Under the pieces are notes generated by a model. That model saw nothing but the letters and a program-made list of their open reading frames with translations. It was not told the DNA's origin and did not search any database. DNA of 60,511 nucleotides from Fidelibacterota bacterium (GTDB taxonomy: Bacteria; Fidelibacterota; Marinisomatia; Marinisomatales; JAADGP01): NCBI GenBank assembly GCA_027021785.1, contig JALUTR010000086.1, positions 1 to 60,511 of the forward strand, read 5' to 3'. How positions within the stretch are numbered: the stretch's first letter is position 1; the number at the start of each line of letters is the position of its first letter. The position numbers were made by a program, and so were the translations under genes. Shown piece by piece: positions 28,763 to 39,353 of this stretch.

Positions 28763-29680
28763 TCATTCCACATCACCGATTACCCGCCTTAGCAAACCGT
28801 CATTTTTTTCAAGGAAAGATTTCGCCTTATTCAAACCGCAATTTTTCCGTGCCATCACGATAGCGGTTTTCACCGACCCTTCGGCCCGGTAAAGATATTC
28901 CTGTGCTTCGTCGTAATCCAGACCGGTTAATTGTTCGATGATGCGCGTTCCGCGATCGACCAACTTATTATTCACAACCTGCAAATCCACCATCAGATTC
29001 CCATATACTTTGCCGATTCGAATCATGGTCGTTGTGGATATCATATTCAACACCATCTTGGTCGCGGTTCCCGATTTCATCCGCGTCGAACCGGTAATGA
29101 TTTCCGGGCCCACATCCACTGCGATCAATACGTCAACCTCCACCGGCACCAACGGTTTGGGATTGCAGATCATGTAAACCGTAGACGTCCCGACAGAGCG
29201 ACCGTATTCCAACGCCGCTACTACATAAGGGGTAGCGCTGCTGCTGGCGATGCCGAATACCAGGTCACCGGCCTCCACCCCGGCGGCCTTCAAATCCCGT
29301 ATGGCGTCTTCCGGTTTATCTTCGGCGCCTTCGATGGAACGAACAAGCGCTTCCCGCCCCCCGGCGATGATTCCCTGAAACCAGTCCCGCGGCGCGGAAT
29401 ATGTGGGCGGCATTTCCGTGGCATCCAGGACCCCTAACCGTCCGCTGGTCCCGGCGCCGACATAAAATATACGGTGACCATTCCTGATGGTCTTAACAGC
29501 CAGTTCGACGGCCCGCGCTATTTCCGGGATGACTTTATTAATCGCCCCGGCGATGGACTGATCCTCCCCGTTAATAATGGTCAATATTTCCGGTATTGAT
29601 CGCTTGTCGATTTGATGAGAATTCGGGTTCTGCTGTTCGGTGGTCAGATCTTTGCGGTTTCTCATTTGTTGTTCATCCAT
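28763..29680 (-). CDS. murQ: N-acetylmuramic acid 6-phosphate etherase
   Basis: 305 aa SIS-domain protein. LTTEQQNPNSHQID..GRIFYVGAGTSGRLGVLDATEMPPTY is typical of MurQ. Confidence 0.9.
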   Translation of the reverse strand: MDEQQMRNRKDLTTEQQNPNSHQIDKRSIPEILTIINGEDQSIAGAINKVIPEIARAVELAVKTIRNGHRIFYVGAGTSGRLGVLDATEMPPTYSAPRDWFQGIIAGGREALVRSIEGAEDKPEDAIRDLKAAGVEAGDLVFGIASSSATPYVVAALEYGRSVGTSTVYMICNPKPLVPVEVDVLIAVDVGPEIITGSTRMKSGTATKMVLNMISTTTMIRIGKVYGNLMVDLQVVNNKLVDRGTRIIEQLTGLDYDEAQEYLYRAEGSVKTAIVMARKNCGLNKAKSFLEKNDGLLRRVIGDVE

Positions 29681-29823
29681 AGCTTAATTTAAAGCAAATT
29701 CGTTTGGAGGTATTAATACTTATTCCGTTATATTTCCGTCATTATCTATTCCATATCCGGTTATTAAAGAGGAATGAAAATGAATTGTTCTCATTGGAAA
29801 CCTGCTCCGGGTAGGAAACAATT

Positions 29824-30762
29824 ATGGTAAACCATTATCCAATGTCAGAGGATTCTCAAATCAATCGACCCCGCAAATGGATGAATCTCACCCTCCGGCT
29901 TGAGGATTCAGACCCCATGGAATTATGCGACCTGGCATTGGAATTGGGCGCCTTATCGGCGACAATTCAGGATTCCTCTCCCAATGATATCGCGTCCGAA
30001 ATATGGTTTGATGAACCGGGACAACAAAACTATTCCGCCTGGAATCAATTGACGGTAACGATATTATTGGATGAACGGACAGACATCGATGGATTCATAA
30101 AGCAGGTTCAAGAGCGCTTCGCTTTCGAAAAGCCGCCCGAATTCCGGGTAAACTTCATTGAAGACCGGGACTGGGTCGAATACACGCAACGCCGACACAA
30201 ACCATTTCAAATAAACCGGCGATTATGGGTGGTACCGACCTGGCATGCCCCACCCGATCCGACAGCCGTGAATGTATTTATCAATCCGGGATCGGCTTTC
30301 GGAACGGGTGGTCATCCCACTACGCAATTATGCCTGGAGTGGCTGGCGGAAAATATCGCGGGTGGTGAAACCGTTCTGGATTATGGTTGCGGGTCGGGAA
30401 TCCTGGGGATCGCCGCGAAAAGGTTGGGCGCGAAGTCGGTCACCTGCGTCGACATCGACGAAAGAGCGTTAGATGTTACTCATCAGAACGCAAAATTAAA
30501 TCATTGCGATCTGGTGGTTGGTTTCCCTCATCAAATCGAATCAAGACCCTTCGATGTGCTGGTGGCAAACATACTGGCAAATCCGCTCCGGGTATTGGCG
30601 CCGACTTTGTCCGGTCATGTCAGAACCGGCGGTCACCTGGTTTTATCCGGGATTCTTGAGGACCAGGTTTCGTCCGTCGAATCCGCTTACAAACCATTCT
30701 TCGCATTTCGCCACCCCACGATCAATACCGGCTGGGTGCGGCTGGAAGGGATAAAACAGTAA
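29824..30762 (+). CDS. prmA: ribosomal protein L11 methyltransferase
   Basis: Contains the SAM motif VLDYGCGSGILGIAA and a PrmA-like N-terminus (KWMNLTLRL..). The start is uncertain, with ATGs at 29824 and 29842. Confidence 0.87.
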   Translation: MVNHYPMSEDSQINRPRKWMNLTLRLEDSDPMELCDLALELGALSATIQDSSPNDIASEIWFDEPGQQNYSAWNQLTVTILLDERTDIDGFIKQVQERFAFEKPPEFRVNFIEDRDWVEYTQRRHKPFQINRRLWVVPTWHAPPDPTAVNVFINPGSAFGTGGHPTTQLCLEWLAENIAGGETVLDYGCGSGILGIAAKRLGAKSVTCVDIDERALDVTHQNAKLNHCDLVVGFPHQIESRPFDVLVANILANPLRVLAPTLSGHVRTGGHLVLSGILEDQVSSVESAYKPFFAFRHPTINTGWVRLEGIKQ

Positions 30763-30775
30763 CCGATTATCCGGA

Positions 30776-32158
30776 CTACGCCTTCAACCTGGAAAAATAT
30801 CGTCTGGCTTCAGCCATGACCTTTGGTGATAGGAGAATTGTTGAAGTCATGGTCGGGATGGCCATTATGGCGAACATACCGTCCAATACGTTGACTACAA
30901 TATCAATCGAAACCACGGCGCCGATAATCAAAGATATTACATAGAAACCGTTATAGGTTTGTTTCCAACGCGTTCCGAATAAATAACCGGCGCATTTGCA
31001 TCCATAATACGAATAACCGATCATGGTGGAAATACTGAAAGTCAATACGGAAACAAGCAGCAGGAGTTGACCCCATTTCCCCAATTCCCGGGAAAAGGCC
31101 TGGGTCGTCAGAGTTACCCCATTGGCTTCATTCCCTTGCCATATACCCGATGTGAGAATGACGATTGCCGTGACGGTACACACCACAATCGTATCAACAA
31201 AAGGTCCCATCATGGCGACCAGGCCTTCGCGGACGGGCTCCTTGGTTTTCGCGGCTCCATGCGCCAATGCTTCGGTACCGATACCGGCCTCGTTGGAAAA
31301 CGCGGCCCTACGAACACCGGTTATAATTACCGTGCCAACCGCTCCGCCGGCGACGGCATCGCCGGTAAAGGCATCCCGAAAGATTAACATAAACAGTGAG
31401 GGTATTTCGGTAAAGTTTTTCAACAAAATAAAGAGCCCGGCAAGCATATACAGCGCTACCATGACAGGAACCAATCTGGATGCGACGAGACCTATCCGTT
31501 TGATCCCGCCGAAAATGACGCTGGCAACGAGGACCGCTATTATTATTCCAACGATGAGATTACCGTAAACGGGGGTGATTATAAACAAACCATAAGGCAC
31601 AAATATTTCATCGCGGATAATCTGTGTAAGCTGATTGGCCTGAAACAAAGAAAGGCAACCGATCAACCCCGCAATGCTGAAAACAACTCCCAGCGGGCGA
31701 TATTTCGGCCCCAGGCCGGCTTCGATATAATACATCGGTCCTCCCTGGATATCGCCACGATCATCTTTCCCACGATAAAGGATACTTAAGGTACACGTAA
31801 AAAACTTCGTCGACATCCCCACAATAGCGCTGACCCACAACCAAAACAAAGCGCCGGGCCCGCCGGTATAGATCGCAATCGCCACGCCACTGATATTCCC
31901 CATTCCCACCGTACTGGCCAGGGCGCTGGAAAGAGCCTGGAAGTGGGTAATGTCACCGGGATCATCAGTACGGTCATACTTTCCACGCAAAATATTGATG
32001 GCATGTCTAAAATAGCGAAAGGGAATAAAACGACAATAAAACGTAAAATACAAACCGCCCCCGATCATTAACACCAGCAGCGGCATACCCCACATAAAAT
32101 TAGCAAAATCAGCAGCTAATTTATCCAAAAGTTCTATGAACGCGGATTGATCATTCAT
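30776..32158 (-). CDS. alanine/glycine:cation symporter (AGCS family)
   Basis: 460 aa and polytopic. FQALSSALASTVGMGNISGVAIAIYTGGPGALFWLW is the AGCS signature region. Confidence 0.9.
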   Translation of the reverse strand: MNDQSAFIELLDKLAADFANFMWGMPLLVLMIGGGLYFTFYCRFIPFRYFRHAINILRGKYDRTDDPGDITHFQALSSALASTVGMGNISGVAIAIYTGGPGALFWLWVSAIVGMSTKFFTCTLSILYRGKDDRGDIQGGPMYYIEAGLGPKYRPLGVVFSIAGLIGCLSLFQANQLTQIIRDEIFVPYGLFIITPVYGNLIVGIIIAVLVASVIFGGIKRIGLVASRLVPVMVALYMLAGLFILLKNFTEIPSLFMLIFRDAFTGDAVAGGAVGTVIITGVRRAAFSNEAGIGTEALAHGAAKTKEPVREGLVAMMGPFVDTIVVCTVTAIVILTSGIWQGNEANGVTLTTQAFSRELGKWGQLLLLVSVLTFSISTMIGYSYYGCKCAGYLFGTRWKQTYNGFYVISLIIGAVVSIDIVVNVLDGMFAIMAIPTMTSTILLSPKVMAEARRYFSRLKA

Positions 32159-32232
32159 CTGTATTATTACCTTTGAATCATTTTTATAATATACGCATTA
32201 TATGGAAATTACCGTTTGGAAAAACTACGTTT

Positions 32233-33339
32233 ATGCTCGTGAAAATAATAGACCGGTACTTAATCAGACAATTCCTGAGTATCCTCGCCATGGCGCTGGT
32301 TGGATTCATCGCGGTATTCATTATCGTCGACCTGATTGAGAACCTGGACCAGTTTATCGATAATTCCGTTCCGGTCAGGACGGTACTCCGTTATTATTTT
32401 TACACCTTACCCTGGTTTTTAAGTATCTGTTTGCCCATGTCCATGCTGATTGCAACCGTGTTTAGTGTCGGCCTCATGGTTAAAAGGAATGAATGGACGG
32501 CAATGAAATCATCGGGAATCAGTCTTTACCGCCTTGCCACTCCACTTATTTTAATCGGTTTCATAATGAGCGCTGTCGCTTACGACCTGGATAATGTTCT
32601 TGTCAGTTGGGGAAATGAAAAACGTTTCGTTATCGAGAGAAAGTATATGAAAAAAAAATCCCGGCGACGCCTGATAAGACACAAAAGTATTTTGAACGAC
32701 GTATTTCTGCAGAAACAGGAAACCATTCATATTGCCCTTAGCAAATACCGGATTAACAAGCGCTCCGCTCAGGGAGCAACAATTATTTTTCTGGACAATG
32801 GTATGATCGATAAGCGGATTGACGCTAAATCCATCACCTGGGTTGATTCACTGGAAGGTTGGGCGGTTTCCGAATTCTCGATCCGTTCCTTTGGCCCCGA
32901 TCGAACCGAAGATAAGGTTGTAATCTCCAAGCATGATTCGGTAATGGCATTGGGCTTTGTTCCGGATGATATCACCAAGCAATTCAAGTCCCCGGACGAA
33001 TTGAATTTTACCGAATTGACGGAACGCATTGCCTTGTTAAAGGAAAACGGTGTTGACACGCGACGCTGGGAAGTCGCCCGTTATTTCAAAATCTCTTTTG
33101 CCTTCACGAATTTAATCGTCGTTTTATTCGGCCTACCCTTAGTGGTTATGCGGCAGAAAGGAGGGTTGTCATTCGGCGCCGGAATGAGTGTCTTCGTAAT
33201 TTTCGGTTATTACGTTTTTATTAAGTTCGGACAATCCCTGGGATATAAAGCGGTATTGGACCCGTTATTGGCGGCCTGGATCGGAAATATTGTTTTTTCC
33301 ACCGGTGGGTTACTGCTGTTGTTCTTCGCCCGGAAATGA
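32233..33339 (+). CDS. LptF/LptG family LPS export permease
   Basis: The ATG at 32233 gives MLVKIIDRYLIRQFL.., the typical YjgP/YjgQ N-terminus. The topology is TM, periplasmic domain, TM. The ORF-track start at 32173 is probably too early. Confidence 0.85.
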   Translation: MLVKIIDRYLIRQFLSILAMALVGFIAVFIIVDLIENLDQFIDNSVPVRTVLRYYFYTLPWFLSICLPMSMLIATVFSVGLMVKRNEWTAMKSSGISLYRLATPLILIGFIMSAVAYDLDNVLVSWGNEKRFVIERKYMKKKSRRRLIRHKSILNDVFLQKQETIHIALSKYRINKRSAQGATIIFLDNGMIDKRIDAKSITWVDSLEGWAVSEFSIRSFGPDRTEDKVVISKHDSVMALGFVPDDITKQFKSPDELNFTELTERIALLKENGVDTRRWEVARYFKISFAFTNLIVVLFGLPLVVMRQKGGLSFGAGMSVFVIFGYYVFIKFGQSLGYKAVLDPLLAAWIGNIVFSTGGLLLLFFARK

Positions 33340-34809
33340 CCGTAGTTCCGATTCCGGTTGTTTTTCGGGTTCCGTTTCCCGCCCGTTTTGATCAAGAGGG
33401 ACAGGCGCCGGTCCCGCGTTTGTTCCTTCCGTCTGCTTGCTCTTTCTGCTCCTGAAGCTGGTAATCGTCAGCGCCGTCGACAGATTCAACCCCTTCATGG
33501 TATGAATCCAAATTCCGTTGCGGAAGGCGAAACCGAAATCGAATATAATCGGTCCTTTATGAAAACCAAAACCCAGTGACAATTCCTTGAAATCGGCGCC
33601 CCCCCACCCATAACCGATGCGCAGGGGAACACTTGGGAACTTCCGCAATTCCACCCCAATGGACCATCGCCAACGCGCGCGGGCAAAGAATCGATCCTCG
33701 AATCCGGTGACCAGATCGGAACTGATTAAATAATCAGGCAGGGATTTGGAAATCCCGATCCGGAAGATCGCCGGGTAGTTGATTGAAAATTCTTTCAGTT
33801 TCCCGTTTTCATCCACATTTCGCACAATCACCTGTTTGCTGGTAAATAATGAATCGCTGGAAAGCGTTTGGGCATTCACCGAATCGATCTGGTAAGTATA
33901 CCGGATTGCCATGGAGTCGTTCAGAACGGTACCGCCCCAGGAATAATGCCAAAGGTCGTCTTTATTCCCGTAGATTTTATCGGGTCCGGCCAGGATATCC
34001 TTGATAAAACTGGGACGATTCCAGGTTATTTTCCCCAGGGCGTTAATCATGGAAAAACCAACCCGCCAGCCATTCACTTCTTTCGTGGCAAACCCGATAT
34101 CCAGGCCCAACCCGGATCCTCCTATTCCCTGGCGTAACAGGTACGAACCCCGGCCGTACAACGCGTCTTCCGTCGTTTCCAGGTCCGCTTTGCTGGAATC
34201 CGGATCAATACCGACGTAGAAAAGTCCCTGCAAATACTTGAGCGTTATACCCCAGGCAAATGACTCATAAGGAACGGCAAAAGAAAACCCCAATTCATTG
34301 ACGCCCAGGATTTCGTAATTCAGGGTCAAATCAATGTCCGGATAATCGGCATTTCCGTATAATATCAAACGCAGCAAACCCAGGGGGATTTTTGTATTGG
34401 AGAGGATAATGGTATTGCTCGTGAAAGCCATGTTCCCGGAGGCATAGTTTAACACCGGTGTCGGAATGTGCAGATCCTGGAAGAGCGTTAGCCCCCCACT
34501 GTCTTCGAAATTCCGGAATAGAGCATCTTTTCTCGCGCCTATTAAGGTATCCCCGCTGATATCGCTCAAATTTTTCAACGAAAGAAAATTCCCGACAATA
34601 CCGAAATCCATTCCGAACAATTGCATCATGAACGGTTTGTCCCGTTGGTAGGCCAACAGCGCCGGGTTAAATCCAATCGCGAAAATACCGTCGGCTACGG
34701 TCGTGTAGGCACCCGCCAACGCGACCGATCGCGGATCGCGCTTGGATTGCCCGTACACGAAAAACGCGGTCAGAACAAAACAGGCCGTGAACGTGATTAT
34801 ACGCTTCAC
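33310..34809 (-). CDS. outer-membrane beta-barrel protein, FadL/PorV-like (function unknown)
   Basis: 499 aa with a signal peptide. RSVALAGAYTTVADGIFAIGFNPALLA resembles the FadL/PorV N-terminal motif, and alternating beta-strand patterns are present. The tail is low complexity. A 4-nt overlap couples it to the upstream lipoprotein gene. Confidence 0.65.
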   Translation of the reverse strand: MKRIITFTACFVLTAFFVYGQSKRDPRSVALAGAYTTVADGIFAIGFNPALLAYQRDKPFMMQLFGMDFGIVGNFLSLKNLSDISGDTLIGARKDALFRNFEDSGGLTLFQDLHIPTPVLNYASGNMAFTSNTIILSNTKIPLGLLRLILYGNADYPDIDLTLNYEILGVNELGFSFAVPYESFAWGITLKYLQGLFYVGIDPDSSKADLETTEDALYGRGSYLLRQGIGGSGLGLDIGFATKEVNGWRVGFSMINALGKITWNRPSFIKDILAGPDKIYGNKDDLWHYSWGGTVLNDSMAIRYTYQIDSVNAQTLSSDSLFTSKQVIVRNVDENGKLKEFSINYPAIFRIGISKSLPDYLISSDLVTGFEDRFFARARWRWSIGVELRKFPSVPLRIGYGWGGADFKELSLGFGFHKGPIIFDFGFAFRNGIWIHTMKGLNLSTALTITSFRSRKSKQTEGTNAGPAPVPLDQNGRETEPEKQPESELRSFPGEEQQQ

Positions 34810-37757
34810 CGTTTTCCGAACCGTTTTTTATTATTTTCGACGGGTAAAATGTCGTTCAATAAAATTCGGCTGCGCTGCGAATTATCCGTCAGTTTAAAGA
34901 ACCAACCACTGGCATCGCCGACATCGGAGTCGGAATCGGAAACCCGGATTTTTACGCTGTCACGTTGGGACTGTGTCAGTTCGCCGATTCCGGCGGTATT
35001 CCCCGGAATCCATAAAAACGAATCGACGTTGACTATTTCGGTGGCAATGGGCGACCAGTCTTCATCCGTATCGACATCCAGGCCCGCTCCGGTTCCGTAG
35101 TAGAGATTGACTTTCTCAATGGATCCATATGTTTTCCAGCGAACGACGTATTCCGTATTTATATTCAGAGTTTCCCCTCCGTTGGGATAAACCACAACCA
35201 GTTCATTCGGCGCCGGGGCAAACATTCCGGTGCTGCTGATCCGGAAGGTAATGGTTGATTGGATATCAATATAATCGGACAGAGAAAGGAAAACCCGGGC
35301 GCCGTTGGTCCCATTCAAATGAAACCGTGGTACAATGAAATGATCGCCGTAATCGGTCATCAGAAAGATACGATTGGTATCGATCACACTGGCAAATTTG
35401 ATTTCCCCGGGGACTGCCACCGCGCCGGGACGCCCGGAAGTGGAAGTATCGGCATACAATTCAACCGGATCGGGCAAGATGACCTGGGCCAGTGTATCCA
35501 CGTAGGAGATAACAGTATCGACTCCCGATCCGGTGCTGCGCACCAGATACACCATTCCGTCCACACAATTATCATAATCAGTCATTACGTCGAAAATATA
35601 CGGTCCCCCCAGATTCGGATCGAGACGCGAACAATCGGTAATGATATAAAGACTATCGGTAGGTGACCACCCCTCGCTCACAACCATCGAATCACGAAAA
35701 GCCCGAAGCATGGCGTTGGTTGTATCGAGTGGGAAATAATTCCTGTTCGACTGCAGAATGGATATTTCTCCTCCCACGGGAACCCGGTTGATGACATGCG
35801 TTCCCAACTCGGCCAGGTAGAGAGAACTGCGAATCCGGTTCCGGGTATCATTGTCCATTTCCTGCAGCGGTGTTTTTGTCGCCGGAATGAAAGTCATTTC
35901 ATCCATGCGTACTTCAAACGGCGCGACCAATCGATATGATCCGCCGATGGAAGCCCCGACCACGATTTGCCCCCGTCCGTCAATTTTCGCCGCGGCATCC
36001 ACCTGCATCTGCGCCGGGTTAAAGGACATCAATTCGACAATCGTCGATTCTCCGGGACCCGGCGGGACCGTGGTGCTGTCCGACCAGGTATCAGCGGATG
36101 GGGAACTGTAAATCAATGTGGTCGTCCCCTCGCGGCTCAGGCGTATAATGGTTTTGGTGGTATCCTCGGCGTTATCGGGACTGCCGACCGATCCCCTGAC
36201 GGCGACAATCGACGAATCACCAAAGGTATTAATTCCGATCATGTTGATATCCAGGGTAACCGGCAACTGAATTTGGTTTAGCATGATAAATTCAATTCTG
36301 ACATCCGTGAATGCCATTCCGGTAAATCCCTGGGGCAGTCCGGTTATATCCTGTTGTGTCGGCGGAAATTCCTGAATGATATTCGCTTGCAGCGATTCGA
36401 AATGCAGTTCCTCCACCTGGACCCGCATGGTAAAACGACCCAGTTCGGAGCCGTCCAACGAGATGGTTGTTTGTTGGGCCGTTAAAATCGCAGCCATGTC
36501 AATTACCAGCGCCCGCAACGCGCTATCGGCCCCCCCCGGATTGGAAAAGGTGTAACCGTCAATGTCAAAGGTTTTGGCGTAAGACGGCGTACTTTCCCCC
36601 AAAACGGTCTGGATTTTTACGGAATCCTGTCCTTCCGGCGGGATAAAATTCCTGAAATTCATTGTAAAATCAATATCGAACGGGAACGTACTCCGCAAAT
36701 TGGAAACGGTTATTTCATTTACTCCCATTTTGGTATTATTGGCAAAAACACCGGAATATATTTCAATATCCGAAGGAAATGTAATCGCCGGAAGGTCCGG
36801 CGAAATATCCGTTTCCGCGATCGTTACAACGGCTTGATCAATACCGGCAATCCGGATTCGGATTCCCAGGTTGATTTGGACCGAGTCCCCGGCATTGATT
36901 GTAAGCGTATCCAACACCGTTTCCTGCTCCAACCCGAAACCAAACTCCATCCGCAGGGCCGTGCCCAACGAATCCCTTCCCAGAAGAGTATATTCACTGT
37001 AAGTGGAATCCTTCGCCAGGGTGTTTCGCGTATGATTCGCCAACGTGTCGAAGGGGCTCTGGGTATCCGTGAGAAGCCGGAACCGAATATCCTTAATGGC
37101 CGTGGGCAGGCCGTTGTTGGTAATATCCGTGGAAAACATACTGGAATCGGAATCCGTATCTTCACTGATGACAAAGGCGTCAACGGAGGTAATAAACACG
37201 GGTAAATCACTCGAACTAATCTGCGGAAGGGCGATGTCCACTTGTATCAGGGTGTCAAAAGCCGCCGCCACCTTATTCCAGACGGAAGCGAATATTTCCC
37301 GATCAACGGAAGGTGGAACGGAGAATTGGTCTCCGTTCACATCAACCATTCCCTGCGGAGCAAGGGGAATAACCATTGAAATGACCGTGTCTATTTCAAC
37401 CGTGAGGGCCGGAGTCATCACCGGATCCTGCGCGGCCTGAATATCCTGATTCACGGCCACCTGCAGATACGAGGGATCGATTGAAGTATCCGGCAATTCT
37501 CCTTCAAAGATGATTTGCATGCCCAGGGAATCAGGCGTGGGAGTAATGAGTTCACCATCAACGAGATCGCTCAGGAGGTACCGTTCATGAACGAGGGGAA
37601 ACTTGATATCGACAAACCAGGTAGGGGTTTCAAAGTCCGCCGGACTCTCGAAATCGCAGGCATTTATGATAAACAGCAGTGCCCCTAACAGCAGCAAGGC
37701 CCCTGCTTGTCGGAATATTTTTCTTTTTATCTGTCGGATCATGCCGTTTCTTTTCAC
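34806..37757 (-). CDS. large predicted lipoprotein, function unknown
   Basis: 983 aa with a signal peptide and lipobox (LFIINAC). I recognise no catalytic motif. The C-terminal approximately 110 aa look like an Ig/beta-sandwich module (VVYPNGGETL..VVRWKTYG). Confidence 0.72.
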   Translation of the reverse strand: MKRNGMIRQIKRKIFRQAGALLLLGALLFIINACDFESPADFETPTWFVDIKFPLVHERYLLSDLVDGELITPTPDSLGMQIIFEGELPDTSIDPSYLQVAVNQDIQAAQDPVMTPALTVEIDTVISMVIPLAPQGMVDVNGDQFSVPPSVDREIFASVWNKVAAAFDTLIQVDIALPQISSSDLPVFITSVDAFVISEDTDSDSSMFSTDITNNGLPTAIKDIRFRLLTDTQSPFDTLANHTRNTLAKDSTYSEYTLLGRDSLGTALRMEFGFGLEQETVLDTLTINAGDSVQINLGIRIRIAGIDQAVVTIAETDISPDLPAITFPSDIEIYSGVFANNTKMGVNEITVSNLRSTFPFDIDFTMNFRNFIPPEGQDSVKIQTVLGESTPSYAKTFDIDGYTFSNPGGADSALRALVIDMAAILTAQQTTISLDGSELGRFTMRVQVEELHFESLQANIIQEFPPTQQDITGLPQGFTGMAFTDVRIEFIMLNQIQLPVTLDINMIGINTFGDSSIVAVRGSVGSPDNAEDTTKTIIRLSREGTTTLIYSSPSADTWSDSTTVPPGPGESTIVELMSFNPAQMQVDAAAKIDGRGQIVVGASIGGSYRLVAPFEVRMDEMTFIPATKTPLQEMDNDTRNRIRSSLYLAELGTHVINRVPVGGEISILQSNRNYFPLDTTNAMLRAFRDSMVVSEGWSPTDSLYIITDCSRLDPNLGGPYIFDVMTDYDNCVDGMVYLVRSTGSGVDTVISYVDTLAQVILPDPVELYADTSTSGRPGAVAVPGEIKFASVIDTNRIFLMTDYGDHFIVPRFHLNGTNGARVFLSLSDYIDIQSTITFRISSTGMFAPAPNELVVVYPNGGETLNINTEYVVRWKTYGSIEKVNLYYGTGAGLDVDTDEDWSPIATEIVNVDSFLWIPGNTAGIGELTQSQRDSVKIRVSDSDSDVGDASGWFFKLTDNSQRSRILLNDILPVENNKKRFGKR

Positions 37758-37847
37758 GATCTAAACAGGACAGGCAGCCTAAAATTCACCCATTTTGAGG
37801 AGCATTGCCACAAATATTTACGTTTGCCGGAATATATCCGGCACATT

Positions 37848-37884
37848 AAAAGGCGATAGGGGATGGTTCCCAACTATTGTCGCC
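37848..37884 (-). terminator. candidate intrinsic terminator after ahcY
   Basis: Minus strand: GGCGACAAUAGUUGGGAACCAUCCCCUAUCGCC followed by UUUU. The stem is imperfect. Confidence 0.45.
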
Positions 37885-37898
37885 CGGTTTTCCGTATT

Positions 37899-39344
37899 CT
37901 AATAACGGTAATGATCAGGCTTGTACGGTCCTCCTTTAGGTACCCCGATATATTGTGCCTGTTCTTCGGTCAATTCCGTTAAGGTTACTCCCAATTTATC
38001 CAAATGGAGACGGGCGACCTCCTCATCCAGCTTTTTCGGAAGCCGATACACACCGATTTCCGGTTTTTCCTTGGCCAGGGCCATTTGCGCCAGGACCTGG
38101 TTCGTAAAAGAATTAGACATAACGAAGCTGGGATGACCGGTGGCGCAGCCTAAATTGACCAGCCGTCCTTCCGCCAATAAAAAGATTTGATGACCGTCCG
38201 CGAACGTGTACCGGTCAACCTGAGGCTTTATATTCTCCCTGGTAACATCCTCGGCATTATTGAGTTGCGACACCTGAATTTCGTTATCGAAATGACCGAT
38301 ATTGCAGACGATAGCCTGATCTTTCATTTTCCGCATGTGTTCCAGGGTTATCACATCCTTGTTGCCGGTGGCCGTTACAAAGATATTCGCCTCGCATAAG
38401 GCCTGTTCCACGGTAACAACTTCATACCCTTCCATCACCGCCTGCAGGGCGCAGATCGGATCGATCTCGGTCACCAGGACCCGGGCGCCGTAACCGCGCA
38501 TCGATTGGGCGCAACCACGCCCCACATCACCGTAACCACAAATCAATACGGTTTTCCCCGCGATCATTACATCCGTCGCGCGCTTTATTCCGTCGGCCAG
38601 TGATTCCCGGCAACCGTACACATTATCAAATTTCGATTTGGTTACCGAGTCATTCACGTTATAGGCGGCGACCAGCAGAGATTCTTCCTTTTCCATTCGA
38701 ATCAGGCGGTTGACACCGGTGGTTGTTTCTTCGGAAACACCGATCAGTTCTTTCACCACCTTGTGCCAATGCAGGGGATCTTTCCGTAACACATCTCTTA
38801 ATAACGTATCAATTATTCGTTCCTCTTCGATACCGGTGGTAATCTCAGGCACAGCGCCGTTCTTCAGGTAATGCTCTTCCAACTCGTAACCCTTGTGAAT
38901 CAGCAAGGTGGCGTCACCGCCGTCATCAACGATAAGATTGGGTCCCTGATTGCCTGGAAAGGTCAACGCTTCCAGCGTGCACCACCAGTATTCTTCCAGC
39001 GATTCCCCCTTCCAGGCGAAAACCGGTGTGCCGGTGGCAGCGATCGCGGCGGCGGCGTGATCCTGTGTTGAAAAGATATTGCAACTGGCCCAGCGAACAT
39101 CCGCCCCCAACGCCTTTAAGGTTTCGATTAATACCGCTGTTTCCACCGTCATGTGCAGGGAACCACTTAACCGAAATCCGGCCAATGGTTTTTGCGGGCT
39201 GTACTTTTCACGCACAGCCATCAGGCCCGGCATTTCCTTTTCGGCAATTCCGATCGCTTTTCGGCCGGAATCCGCCAATCCGATATCCTTAACTTTATTG
39301 GGCAGGGATTCGACGATTGGTTCAGTCTTAATAGTTGTTTCCAT
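37899..39344 (-). CDS. ahcY: adenosylhomocysteinase
   Basis: 481 aa, full-length SAHH pattern with the NAD-binding [10 protein letters not shown] motif and a C-terminal PDHYRY. Confidence 0.96.
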   Translation of the reverse strand: METTIKTEPIVESLPNKVKDIGLADSGRKAIGIAEKEMPGLMAVREKYSPQKPLAGFRLSGSLHMTVETAVLIETLKALGADVRWASCNIFSTQDHAAAAIAATGTPVFAWKGESLEEYWWCTLEALTFPGNQGPNLIVDDGGDATLLIHKGYELEEHYLKNGAVPEITTGIEEERIIDTLLRDVLRKDPLHWHKVVKELIGVSEETTTGVNRLIRMEKEESLLVAAYNVNDSVTKSKFDNVYGCRESLADGIKRATDVMIAGKTVLICGYGDVGRGCAQSMRGYGARVLVTEIDPICALQAVMEGYEVVTVEQALCEANIFVTATGNKDVITLEHMRKMKDQAIVCNIGHFDNEIQVSQLNNAEDVTRENIKPQVDRYTFADGHQIFLLAEGRLVNLGCATGHPSFVMSNSFTNQVLAQMALAKEKPEIGVYRLPKKLDEEVARLHLDKLGVTLTELTEEQAQYIGVPKGGPYKPDHYRY

Positions 39345-39353
39345 CAGACACCT

